This document shows, in pieces, positions 24,001 through 36,000 of a DNA stretch of 64,000 nt. Within the stretch, counting starts at the first letter, position 1; the number at the start of each line of letters is the position of its first letter. The notes beneath the pieces are model-generated. The model ran no database searches and was not told the DNA's origin. It saw only the letters and a program-made list of their open reading frames with translations. Both the position numbers and the translations under genes were made by a program. Source of the DNA: Naegleria gruberi (lineage: Eukaryota); assembly GCA_000004985.1 (NCBI GenBank), contig GG738865.1. The stretch is one strand, 5' to 3'.

Positions 24001-27000
24001 NNNNNNNNNNNNNNNNNNNNNNNNNNNNNNNNNNNNNNNNNNNNNNNNNNNNNNNNNNNNNNNNNNNNNNNNNNNNNNNNNNNNNNNNNNNNNNNNNNNN
24101 NNNNNNNNNNNNNNNNNNNNNNNNNNNNNNNNNNNNNNNNNNNNNNNNNNNNNNNNNNNNNNNNNNNNNNNNNNNNNNNNNNNNNNNNNNNNNNNNNNNN
24201 NNNNNNNNNNNNNNNNNNNNNNNNNNNNNNNNNNNNNNNNNNNNNNNNNNNNNNNNNNNNNNNNNNNNNNNNNNNNNNNNNNNNNNNNNNNNNNNNNNNN
24301 NNNNNNNNNNNNNNNNNNNNNNNNNNNNNNNNNNNNNNNNNNNNNNNNNNNNNNNNNNNNNNNNNNNNNNNNNNNNNNNNNNNNNNNNNNNNNNNNNNNN
24401 NNNNNNNNNNNNNNNNNNNNNNNNNNNNNNNNNNNNNNNNNNNNNNNNNNNNNNNNNNNNNNNNNNNNNNNNNNNNNNNNNNNNNNNNNNNNNNNNNNNN
24501 NNNNNNNNNNNNNNNNNNNNNNNNNNNNNNNNNNNNNNNNNNNNNNNNNNNNNNNNNNNNNNNNNNNNNNNNNNNNNNNNNNNNNNNNNNNNNNNNNNNN
24601 NNNNNNNNNNNNNNNNNNNNNNNNNNNNNNNNNNNNNNNNNNNNNNNNNNNNNNNNNNNNNNNNNNNNNNNNNNNNNNNNNNNNNNNNNNNNNNNNNNNN
24701 NNNNNNNNNNNNNNNNNNNNNNNNNNNNNNNNNNNNNNNNNNNNNNNNNNNNNNNNNNNNNNNNNNNNNNNNNNNNNNNNNNNNNNNNNNNNNNNNNNNN
24801 NNNNNNNNNNNNNNNNNNNNNNNNNNNNNNNNNNNNNNNNNNNNNNNNNNNNNNNNNNNNNNNNNNNNNNNNNNNNNNNNNNNNNNNNNNNNNNNNNNNN
24901 NNNNNNNNNNNNNNNNNNNNNNNNNNNNNNNNNNNNNNNNNNNNNNNNNNNNNNNNNNNNNNNNNNNNNNNNNNNNNNNNNNNNNNNNNNNNNNNNNNNN
25001 NNNNNNNNNNNNNNNNNNNNNNNNNNNNNNNNNNNNNNNNNNNNNNNNNNNNNNNNNNNNNNNNNNNNNNNNNNNNNNNNNNNNNNNNNNNNNNNNNNNN
25101 NNNNNNNNNNNNNNNNNNNNNNNNNNNNNNNNNNNNNNNNNNNNNNNNNNNNNNNNNNNNNNNNNNNNNNNNNNNNNNNNNNNNNNNNNNNNNNNNNNNN
25201 NNNNNNNNNNNNNNNNNNNNNNNNNNNNNNNNNNNNNNNNNNNNNNNNNNNNNNNNNNNNNNNNNNNNNNNNNNNNNNNNNNNNNNNNNNNNNNNNNNNN
25301 NNNNNNNNNNNNNNNNNNNNNNNNNNNNNNNNNNNNNNNNNNNNNNNNNNNNNNNNNNNNNNNNNNNNNNNNNNNNNNNNNNNNNNNNNNNNNNNNNNNN
25401 NNNNNNNNNNNNNNNNNNNNNNNNNNNNNNNNNNNNNNNNNNNNNNNNNNNNNNNNNNNNNNNNNNNNNNNNNNNNNNNNNNNNNNNNNNNNNNNNNNNN
25501 NNNNNNNNNNNNNNNNNNNNNNNNNNNNNNNNNNNNNNNNNNNNNNNNNNNNNNNNNNNNNNNNNNNNNNNNNNNNNNNNNNNNNNNNNNNNNNNNNNNN
25601 NNNNNNNNNNNNNNNNNNNNNNNNNNNNNNNNNNNNNNNNNNNNNNNNNNNNNNNNNNNNNNNNNNNNNNNNNNNNNNNNNNNNNNNNNNNNNNNNNNNN
25701 NNNNNNNNNNNNNNNNNNNNNNNNNNNNNNNNNNNNNNNNNNNNNNNNNNNNNNNNNNNNNNNNNNNNNNNNNNNNNNNNNNNNNNNNNNNNNNNNNNNN
25801 NNNNNNNNNNNNNNNNNNNNNNNNNNNNNNNNNNNNNNNNNNNNNNNNNNNNNNNNNNNNNNNNNNNNNNNNNNNNNNNNNNNNNNNNNNNNNNNNNNNN
25901 NNNNNNNNNNNNNNNNNNNNNNNNNNNNNNNNNNNNNNNNNNNNNNNNNNNNNNNNNNNNNNNNNNNNNNNNNNNNNNNNNNNNNNNNNNNNNNNNNNNN
26001 NNNNNNNNNNNNNNNNNNNNNNNNNNNNNNNNNNNNNNNNNNNNNNNNNNNNNNNNNNNNNNNNNNNNNNNNNNNNNNNNNNNNNNNNNNNNNNNNNNNN
26101 NNNNNNNNNNNNNNNNNNNNNNNNNNNNNNNNNNNNNNNNNNNNNNNNNNNNNNNNNNNNNNNNNNNNNNNNNNNNNNNNNNNNNNNNNNNNNNNNNNNN
26201 NNNNNNNNNNNNNNNNNNNNNNNNNNNNNNNNNNNNNNNNNNNNNNNNNNNNNNNNNNNNNNNNNNNNNNNNNNNNNNNNNNNNNNNNNNNNNNNNNNNN
26301 NNNNNNNNNNNNNNNNNNNNNNNNNNNNNNNNNNNNNNNNNNNNNNNNNNNNNNNNNNNNNNNNNNNNNNNNNNNNNNNNNNNNNNNNNNNNNNNNNNNN
26401 NNNNNNNNNNNNNNNNNNNNNNNNNNNNNNNNNNNNNNNNNNNNNNNNNNNNNNNNNNNNNNNNNNNNNNNNNNNNNNNNNNNNNNNNNNNNNNNNNNNN
26501 NNNNNNNNNNNNNNNNNNNNNNNNNNNNNNNNNNNNNNNNNNNNNNNNNNNNNNNNNNNNNNNNNNNNNNNNNNNNNNNNNNNNNNNNNNNNNNNNNNNN
26601 NNNNNNNNNNNNNNNNNNNNNNNNNNNNNNNNNNNNNNNNNNNNNNNNNNNNNNNNNNNNNNNNNNNNNNNNNNNNNNNNNNNNNNNNNNNNNNNNNNNN
26701 NNNNNNNNNNNNNNNNNNNNNNNNNNNNNNNNNNNNNNNNNNNNNNNNNNNNNNNNNNNNNNNNNNNNNNNNNNNNNNNNNNNNNNNNNNNNNNNNNNNN
26801 NNNNNNNNNNNNNNNNNNNNNNNNNNNNNNNNNNNNNNNNNNNNNNNNNNNNNNNNNNNNNNNNNNNNNNNNNNNNNNNNNNNNNNNNNNNNNNNNNNNN
26901 NNNNNNNNNNNNNNNNNNNNNNNNNNNNNNNNNNNNNNNNNNNNNNNNNNNNNNNNNNNNNNNNNNNNNNNNNNNNNNNNNNNNNNNNNNNNNNNNNNNN

Positions 27001-30000
27001 NNNNNNNNNNNNNNNNNNNNNNNNNNNNNNNNNNNNNNNNNNNNNNNNNNNNNNNNNNNNNNNNNNNNNNNNNNNNNNNNNNNNNNNNNNNNNNNNNNNN
27101 NNNNNNNNNNNNNNNNNNNNNNNNNNNNNNNNNNNNNNNNNNNNNNNNNNNNNNNNNNNNNNNNNNNNNNNNNNNNNNNNNNNNNNNNNNNNNNNNNNNN
27201 NNNNNNNNNNNNNNNNNNNNNNNNNNNNNNNNNNNNNNNNNNNNNNNNNNNNNNNNNNNNNNNNNNNNNNNNNNNNNNNNNNNNNNNNNNNNNNNNNNNN
27301 NNNNNNNNNNNNNNNNNNNNNNNNNNNNNNNNNNNNNNNNNNNNNNNNNNNNNNNNNNNNNNNNNNNNNNNNNNNNNNNNNNNNNNNNNNNNNNNNNNNN
27401 NNNNNNNNNNNNNNNNNNNNNNNNNNNNNNNNNNNNNNNNNNNNNNNNNNNNNNNNNNNNNNNNNNNNNNNNNNNNNNNNNNNNNNNNNNNNNNNNNNNN
27501 NNNNNNNNNNNNNNNNNNNNNNNNNNNNNNNNNNNNNNNNNNNNNNNNNNNNNNNNNNNNNNNNNNNNNNNNNNNNNNNNNNNNNNNNNNNNNNNNNNNN
27601 NNNNNNNNNNNNNNNNNNNNNNNNNNNNNNNNNNNNNNNNNNNNNNNNNNNNNNNNNNNNNNNNNNNNNNNNNNNNNNNNNNNNNNNNNNNNNNNNNNNN
27701 NNNNNNNNNNNNNNNNNNNNNNNNNNNNNNNNNNNNNNNNNNNNNNNNNNNNNNNNNNNNNNNNNNNNNNNNNNNNNNNNNNNNNNNNNNNNNNNNNNNN
27801 NNNNNNNNNNNNNNNNNNNNNNNNNNNNNNNNNNNNNNNNNNNNNNNNNNNNNNNNNNNNNNNNNNNNNNNNNNNNNNNNNNNNNNNNNNNNNNNNNNNN
27901 NNNNNNNNNNNNNNNNNNNNNNNNNNNNNNNNNNNNNNNNNNNNNNNNNNNNNNNNNNNNNNNNNNNNNNNNNNNNNNNNNNNNNNNNNNNNNNNNNNNN
28001 NNNNNNNNNNNNNNNNNNNNNNNNNNNNNNNNNNNNNNNNNNNNNNNNNNNNNNNNNNNNNNNNNNNNNNNNNNNNNNNNNNNNNNNNNNNNNNNNNNNN
28101 NNNNNNNNNNNNNNNNNNNNNNNNNNNNNNNNNNNNNNNNNNNNNNNNNNNNNNNNNNNNNNNNNNNNNNNNNNNNNNNNNNNNNNNNNNNNNNNNNNNN
28201 NNNNNNNNNNNNNNNNNNNNNNNNNNNNNNNNNNNNNNNNNNNNNNNNNNNNNNNNNNNNNNNNNNNNNNNNNNNNNNNNNNNNNNNNNNNNNNNNNNNN
28301 NNNNNNNNNNNNNNNNNNNNNNNNNNNNNNNNNNNNNNNNNNNNNNNNNNNNNNNNNNNNNNNNNNNNNNNNNNNNNNNNNNNNNNNNNNNNNNNNNNNN
28401 NNNNNNNNNNNNNNNNNNNNNNNNNNNNNNNNNNNNNNNNNNNNNNNNNNNNNNNNNNNNNNNNNNNNNNNNNNNNNNNNNNNNNNNNNNNNNNNNNNNN
28501 NNNNNNNNNNNNNNNNNNNNNNNNNNNNNNNNNNNNNNNNNNNNNNNNNNNNNNNNNNNNNNNNNNNNNNNNNNNNNNNNNNNNNNNNNNNNNNNNNNNN
28601 NNNNNNNNNNNNNNNNNNNNNNNNNNNNNNNNNNNNNNNNNNNNNNNNNNNNNNNNNNNNNNNNNNNNNNNNNNNNNNNNNNNNNNNNNNNNNNNNNNNN
28701 NNNNNNNNNNNNNNNNNNNNNNNNNNNNNNNNNNNNNNNNNNNNNNNNNNNNNNNNNNNNNNNNNNNNNNNNNNNNNNNNNNNNNNNNNNNNNNNNNNNN
28801 NNNNNNNNNNNNNNNNNNNNNNNNNNNNNNNNNNNNNNNNNNNNNNNNNNNNNNNNNNNNNNNNNNNNNNNNNNNNNNNNNNNNNNNNNNNNNNNNNNNN
28901 NNNNNNNNNNNNNNNNNNNNNNNNNNNNNNNNNNNNNNNNNNNNNNNNNNNNNNNNNNNNNNNNNNNNNNNNNNNNNNNNNNNNNNNNNNNNNNNNNNNN
29001 NNNNNNNNNNNNNNNNNNNNNNNNNNNNNNNNNNNNNNNNNNNNNNNNNNNNNNNNNNNNNNNNNNNNNNNNNNNNNNNNNNNNNNNNNNNNNNNNNNNN
29101 NNNNNNNNNNNNNNNNNNNNNNNNNNNNNNNNNNNNNNNNNNNNNNNNNNNNNNNNNNNNNNNNNNNNNNNNNNNNNNNNNNNNNNNNNNNNNNNNNNNN
29201 NNNNNNNNNNNNNNNNNNNNNNNNNNNNNNNNNNNNNNNNNNNNNNNNNNNNNNNNNNNNNNNNNNNNNNNNNNNNNNNNNNNNNNNNNNNNNNNNNNNN
29301 NNNNNNNNNNNNNNNNNNNNNNNNNNNNNNNNNNNNNNNNNNNNNNNNNNNNNNNNNNNNNNNNNNNNNNNNNNNNNNNNNNNNNNNNNNNNNNNNNNNN
29401 NNNNNNNNNNNNNNNNNNNNNNNNNNNNNNNNNNNNNNNNNNNNNNNNNNNNNNNNNNNNNNNNNNNNNNNNNNNNNNNNNNNNNNNNNNNNNNNNNNNN
29501 NNNNNNNNNNNNNNNNNNNNNNNNNNNNNNNNNNNNNNNNNNNNNNNNNNNNNNNNNNNNNNNNNNNNNNNNNNNNNNNNNNNNNNNNNNNNNNNNNNNN
29601 NNNNNNNNNNNNNNNNNNNNNNNNNNNNNNNNNNNNNNNNNNNNNNNNNNNNNNNNNNNNNNNNNNNNNNNNNNNNNNNNNNNNNNNNNNNNNNNNNNNN
29701 NNNNNNNNNNNNNNNNNNNNNNNNNNNNNNNNNNNNNNNNNNNNNNNNNNNNNNNNNNNNNNNNNNNNNNNNNNNNNNNNNNNNNNNNNNNNNNNNNNNN
29801 NNNNNNNNNNNNNNNNNNNNNNNNNNNNNNNNNNNNNNNNNNNNNNNNNNNNNNNNNNNNNNNNNNNNNNNNNNNNNNNNNNNNNNNNNNNNNNNNNNNN
29901 NNNNNNNNNNNNNNNNNNNNNNNNNNNNNNNNNNNNNNNNNNNNNNNNNNNNNNNNNNNNNNNNNNNNNNNNNNNNNNNNNNNNNNNNNNNNNNNNNNNN

Positions 30001-33000
30001 NNNNNNNNNNNNNNNNNNNNNNNNNNNNNNNNNNNNNNNNNNNNNNNNNNNNNNNNNNNNNNNNNNNNNNNNNNNNNNNNNNNNNNNNNNNNNNNNNNNN
30101 NNNNNNNNNNNNNNNNNNNNNNNNNNNNNNNNNNNNNNNNNNNNNNNNNNNNNNNNNNNNNNNNNNNNNNNNNNNNNNNNNNNNNNNNNNNNNNNNNNNN
30201 NNNNNNNNNNNNNNNNNNNNNNNNNNNNNNNNNNNNNNNNNNNNNNNNNNNNNNNNNNNNNNNNNNNNNNNNNNNNNNNNNNNNNNNNNNNNNNNNNNNN
30301 NNNNNNNNNNNNNNNNNNNNNNNNNNNNNNNNNNNNNNNNNNNNNNNNNNNNNNNNNNNNNNNNNNNNNNNNNNNNNNNNNNNNNNNNNNNNNNNNNNNN
30401 NNNNNNNNNNNNNNNNNNNNNNNNNNNNNNNNNNNNNNNNNNNNNNNNNNNNNNNNNNNNNNNNNNNNNNNNNNNNNNNNNNNNNNNNNNNNNNNNNNNN
30501 NNNNNNNNNNNNNNNNNNNNNNNNNNNNNNNNNNNNNNNNNNNNNNNNNNNNNNNNNNNNNNNNNNNNNNNNNNNNNNNNNNNNNNNNNNNNNNNNNNNN
30601 NNNNNNNNNNNNNNNNNNNNNNNNNNNNNNNNNNNNNNNNNNNNNNNNNNNNNNNNNNNNNNNNNNNNNNNNNNNNNNNNNNNNNNNNNNNNNNNNNNNN
30701 NNNNNNNNNNNNNNNNNNNNNNNNNNNNNNNNNNNNNNNNNNNNNNNNNNNNNNNNNNNNNNNNNNNNNNNNNNNNNNNNNNNNNNNNNNNNNNNNNNNN
30801 NNNNNNNNNNNNNNNNNNNNNNNNNNNNNNNNNNNNNNNNNNNNNNNNNNNNNNNNNNNNNNNNNNNNNNNNNNNNNNNNNNNNNNNNNNNNNNNNNNNN
30901 NNNNNNNNNNNNNNNNNNNNNNNNNNNNNNNNNNNNNNNNNNNNNNNNNNNNNNNNNNNNNNNNNNNNNNNNNNNNNNNNNNNNNNNNNNNNNNNNNNNN
31001 NNNNNNNNNNNNNNNNNNNNNNNNNNNNNNNNNNNNNNNNNNNNNNNNNNNNNNNNNNNNNNNNNNNNNNNNNNNNNNNNNNNNNNNNNNNNNNNNNNNN
31101 NNNNNNNNNNNNNNNNNNNNNNNNNNNNNNNNNNNNNNNNNNNNNNNNNNNNNNNNNNNNNNNNNNNNNNNNNNNNNNNNNNNNNNNNNNNNNNNNNNNN
31201 NNNNNNNNNNNNNNNNNNNNNNNNNNNNNNNNNNNNNNNNNNNNNNNNNNNNNNNNNNNNNNNNNNNNNNNNNNNNNNNNNNNNNNNNNNNNNNNNNNNN
31301 NNNNNNNNNNNNNNNNNNNNNNNNNNNNNNNNNNNNNNNNNNNNNNNNNNNNNNNNNNNNNNNNNNNNNNNNNNNNNNNNNNNNNNNNNNNNNNNNNNNN
31401 NNNNNNNNNNNNNNNNNNNNNNNNNNNNNNNNNNNNNNNNNNNNNNNNNNNNNNNNNNNNNNNNNNNNNNNNNNNNNNNNNNNNNNNNNNNNNNNNNNNN
31501 NNNNNNNNNNNNNNNNNNNNNNNNNNNNNNNNNNNNNNNNNNNNNNNNNNNNNNNNNNNNNNNNNNNNNNNNNNNNNNNNNNNNNNNNNNNNNNNNNNNN
31601 NNNNNNNNNNNNNNNNNNNNNNNNNNNNNNNNNNNNNNNNNNNNNNNNNNNNNNNNNNNNNNNNNNNNNNNNNNNNNNNNNNNNNNNNNNNNNNNNNNNN
31701 NNNNNNNNNNNNNNNNNNNNNNNNNNNNNNNNNNNNNNNNNNNNNNNNNNNNNNNNNNNNNNNNNNNNNNNNNNNNNNNNNNNNNNNNNNNNNNNNNNNN
31801 NNNNNNNNNNNNNNNNNNNNNNNNNNNNNNNNNNNNNNNNNNNNNNNNNNNNNNNNNNNNNNNNNNNNNNNNNNNNNNNNNNNNNNNNNNNNNNNNNNNN
31901 NNNNNNNNNNNNNNNNNNNNNNNNNNNNNNNNNNNNNNNNNNNNNNNNNNNNNNNNNNNNNNNNNNNNNNNNNNNNNNNNNNNNNNNNNNNNNNNNNNNN
32001 NNNNNNNNNNNNNNNNNNNNNNNNNNNNNNNNNNNNNNNNNNNNNNNNNNNNNNNNNNNNNNNNNNNNNNNNNNNNNNNNNNNNNNNNNNNNNNNNNNNN
32101 NNNNNNNNNNNNNNNNNNNNNNNNNNNNNNNNNNNNNNNNNNNNNNNNNNNNNNNNNNNNNNNNNNNNNNNNNNNNNNNNNNNNNNNNNNNNNNNNNNNN
32201 NNNNNNNNNNNNNNNNNNNNNNNNNNNNNNNNNNNNNNNNNNNNNNNNNNNNNNNNNNNNNNNNNNNNNNNNNNNNNNNNNNNNNNNNNNNNNNNNNNNN
32301 NNNNNNNNNNNNNNNNNNNNNNNNNNNNNNNNNNNNNNNNNNNNNNNNNNNNNNNNNNNNNNNNNNNNNNNNNNNNNNNNNNNNNNNNNNNNNNNNNNNN
32401 NNNNNNNNNNNNNNNNNNNNNNNNNNNNNNNNNNNNNNNNNNNNNNNNNNNNNNNNNNNNNNNNNNNNNNNNNNNNNNNNNNNNNNNNNNNNNNNNNNNN
32501 NNNNNNNNNNNNNNNNNNNNNNNNNNNNNNNNNNNNNNNNNNNNNNNNNNNNNNNNNNNNNNNNNNNNNNNNNNNNNNNNNNNNNNNNNNNNNNNNNNNN
32601 NNNNNNNNNNNNNNNNNNNNNNNNNNNNNNNNNNNNNNNNNNNNNNNNNNNNNNNNNNNNNNNNNNNNNNNNNNNNNNNNNNNNNNNNNNNNNNNNNNNN
32701 NNNNNNNNNNNNNNNNNNNNNNNNNNNNNNNNNNNNNNNNNNNNNNNNNNNNNNNNNNNNNNNNNNNNNNNNNNNNNNNNNNNNNNNNNNNNNNNNNNNN
32801 NNNNNNNNNNNNNNNNNNNNNNNNNNNNNNNNNNNNNNNNNNNNNNNNNNNNNNNNNNNNNNNNNNNNNNNNNNNNNNNNNNNNNNNNNNNNNNNNNNNN
32901 NNNNNNNNNNNNNNNNNNNNNNNNNNNNNNNNNNNNNNNNNNNNNNNNNNNNNNNNNNNNNNNNNNNNNNNNNNNNNNNNNNNNNNNNNNNNNNNNNNNN

Positions 33001-36000
33001 NNNNNNNNNNNNNNNNNNNNNNNNNNNNNNNNNNNNNNNNNNNNNNNNNNNNNNNNNNNNNNNNNNNNNNNNNNNNNNNNNNNNNNNNNNNNNNNNNNNN
33101 NNNNNNNNNNNNNNNNNNNNNNNNNNNNNNNNNNNNNNNNNNNNNNNNNNNNNNNNNNNNNNNNNNNNNNNNNNNNNNNNNNNNNNNNNNNNNNNNNNNN
33201 NNNNNNNNNNNNNNNNNNNNNNNNNNNNNNNNNNNNNNNNNNNNNNNNNNNNNNNNNNNNNNNNNNNNNNNNNNNNNNNNNNNNNNNNNNNNNNNNNNNN
33301 NNNNNNNNNNNNNNNNNNNNNNNNNNNNNNNNNNNNNNNNNNNNNNNNNNNNNNNNNNNNNNNNNNNNNNNNNNNNNNNNNNNNNNNNNNNNNNNNNNNN
33401 NNNNNNNNNNNNNNNNNNNNNNNNNNNNNNNNNNNNNNNNNNNNNNNNNNNNNNNNNNNNNNNNNNNNNNNNNNNNNNNNNNNNNNNNNNNNNNNNNNNN
33501 NNNNNNNNNNNNNNNNNNNNNNNNNNNNNNNNNNNNNNNNNNNNNNNNNNNNNNNNNNNNNNNNNNNNNNNNNNNNNNNNNNNNNNNNNNNNNNNNNNNN
33601 NNNNNNNNNNNNNNNNNNNNNNNNNNNNNNNNNNNNNNNNNNNNNNNNNNNNNNNNNNNNNNNNNNNNNNNNNNNNNNNNNNNNNNNNNNNNNNNNNNNN
33701 NNNNNNNNNNNNNNNNNNNNNNNNNNNNNNNNNNNNNNNNNNNNNNNNNNNNNNNNNNNNNNNNNNNNNNNNNNNNNNNNNNNNNNNNNNNNNNNNNNNN
33801 NNNNNNNNNNNNNNNNNNNNNNNNNNNNNNNNNNNNNNNNNNNNNNNNNNNNNNNNNNNNNNNNNNNNNNNNNNNNNNNNNNNNNNNNNNNNNNNNNNNN
33901 NNNNNNNNNNNNNNNNNNNNNNNNNNNNNNNNNNNNNNNNNNNNNNNNNNNNNNNNNNNNNNNNNNNNNNNNNNNNNNNNNNNNNNNNNNNNNNNNNNNN
34001 NNNNNNNNNNNNNNNNNNNNNNNNNNNNNNNNNNNNNNNNNNNNNNNNNNNNNNNNNNNNNNNNNNNNNNNNNNNNNNNNNNNNNNNNNNNNNNNNNNNN
34101 NNNNNNNNNNNNNNNNNNNNNNNNNNNNNNNNNNNNNNNNNNNNNNNNNNNNNNNNNNNNNNNNNNNNNNNNNNNNNNNNNNNNNNNNNNNNNNNNNNNN
34201 NNNNNNNNNNNNNNNNNNNNNNNNNNNNNNNNNNNNNNNNNNNNNNNNNNNNNNNNNNNNNNNNNNNNNNNNNNNNNNNNNNNNNNNNNNNNNNNNNNNN
34301 NNNNNNNNNNNNNNNNNNNNNNNNNNNNNNNNNNNNNNNNNNNNNNNNNNNNNNNNNNNNNNNNNNNNNNNNNNNNNNNNNNNNNNNNNNNNNNNNNNNN
34401 NNNNNNNNNNNNNNNNNNNNNNNNNNNNNNNNNNNNNNNNNNNNNNNNNNNNNNNNNNNNNNNNNNNNNNNNNNNNNNNNNNNNNNNNNNNNNNNNNNNN
34501 NNNNNNNNNNNNNNNNNNNNNNNNNNNNNNNNNNNNNNNNNNNNNNNNNNNNNNNNNNNNNNNNNNNNNNNNNNNNNNNNNNNNNNNNNNNNNNNNNNNN
34601 NNNNNNNNNNNNNNNNNNNNNNNNNNNNNNNNNNNNNNNNNNNNNNNNNNNNNNNNNNNNNNNNNNNNNNNNNNNNNNNNNNNNNNNNNNNNNNNNNNNN
34701 NNNNNNNNNNNNNNNNNNNNNNNNNNNNNNNNNNNNNNNNNNNNNNNNNNNNNNNNNNNNNNNNNNNNNNNNNNNNNNNNNNNNNNNNNNNNNNNNNNNN
34801 NNNNNNNNNNNNNNNNNNNNNNNNNNNNNNNNNNNNNNNNNNNNNNNNNNNNNNNNNNNNNNNNNNNNNNNNNNNNNNNNNNNNNNNNNNNNNNNNNNNN
34901 NNNNNNNNNNNNNNNNNNNNNNNNNNNNNNNNNNNNNNNNNNNNNNNNNNNNNNNNNNNNNNNNNNNNNNNNNNNNNNNNNNNNNNNNNNNNNNNNNNNN
35001 NNNNNNNNNNNNNNNNNNNNNNNNNNNNNNNNNNNNNNNNNNNNNNNNNNNNNNNNNNNNNNNNNNNNNNNNNNNNNNNNNNNNNNNNNNNNNNNNNNNN
35101 NNNNNNNNNNNNNNNNNNNNNNNNNNNNNNNNNNNNNNNNNNNNNNNNNNNNNNNNNNNNNNNNNNNNNNNNNNNNNNNNNNNNNNNNNNNNNNNNNNNN
35201 NNNNNNNNNNNNNNNNNNNNNNNNNNNNNNNNNNNNNNNNNNNNNNNNNNNNNNNNNNNNNNNNNNNNNNNNNNNNNNNNNNNNNNNNNNNNNNNNNNNN
35301 NNNNNNNNNNNNNNNNNNNNNNNNNNNNNNNNNNNNNNNNNNNNNNNNNNNNNNNNNNNNNNNNNNNNNNNNNNNNNNNNNNNNNNNNNNNNNNNNNNNN
35401 NNNNNNNNNNNNNNNNNNNNNNNNNNNNNNNNNNNNNNNNNNNNNNNNNNNNNNNNNNNNNNNNNNNNNNNNNNNNNNNNNNNNNNNNNNNNNNNNNNNN
35501 NNNNNNNNNNNNNNNNNNNNNNNNNNNNNNNNNNNNNNNNNNNNNNNNNNNNNNNNNNNNNNNNNNNNNNNNNNNNNNNNNNNNNNNNNNNNNNNNNNNN
35601 NNNNNNNNNNNNNNNNNNNNNNNNNNNNNNNNNNNNNNNNNNNNNNNNNNNNNNNNNNNNNNNNNNNNNNNNNNNNNNNNNNNNNNNNNNNNNNNNNNNN
35701 NNNNNNNNNNNNNNNNNNNNNNNNNNNNNNNNNNNNNNNNNNNNNNNNNNNNNNNNNNNNNNNNNNNNNNNNNNNNNNNNNNNNNNNNNNNNNNNNNNNN
35801 NNNNNNNNNNNNNNNNNNNNNNNNNNNNNNNNNNNNNNNNNNNNNNNNNNNNNNNNNNNNNNNNNNNNNNNNNNNNNNNNNNNNNNNNNNNNNNNNNNNN
35901 NNNNNNNNNNNNNNNNNNNNNNNNNNNNNNNNNNNNNNNNNNNNNNNNNNNNNNNNNNNNNNNNNNNNNNNNNNNNNNNNNNNNNNNNNNNNNNNNNNNN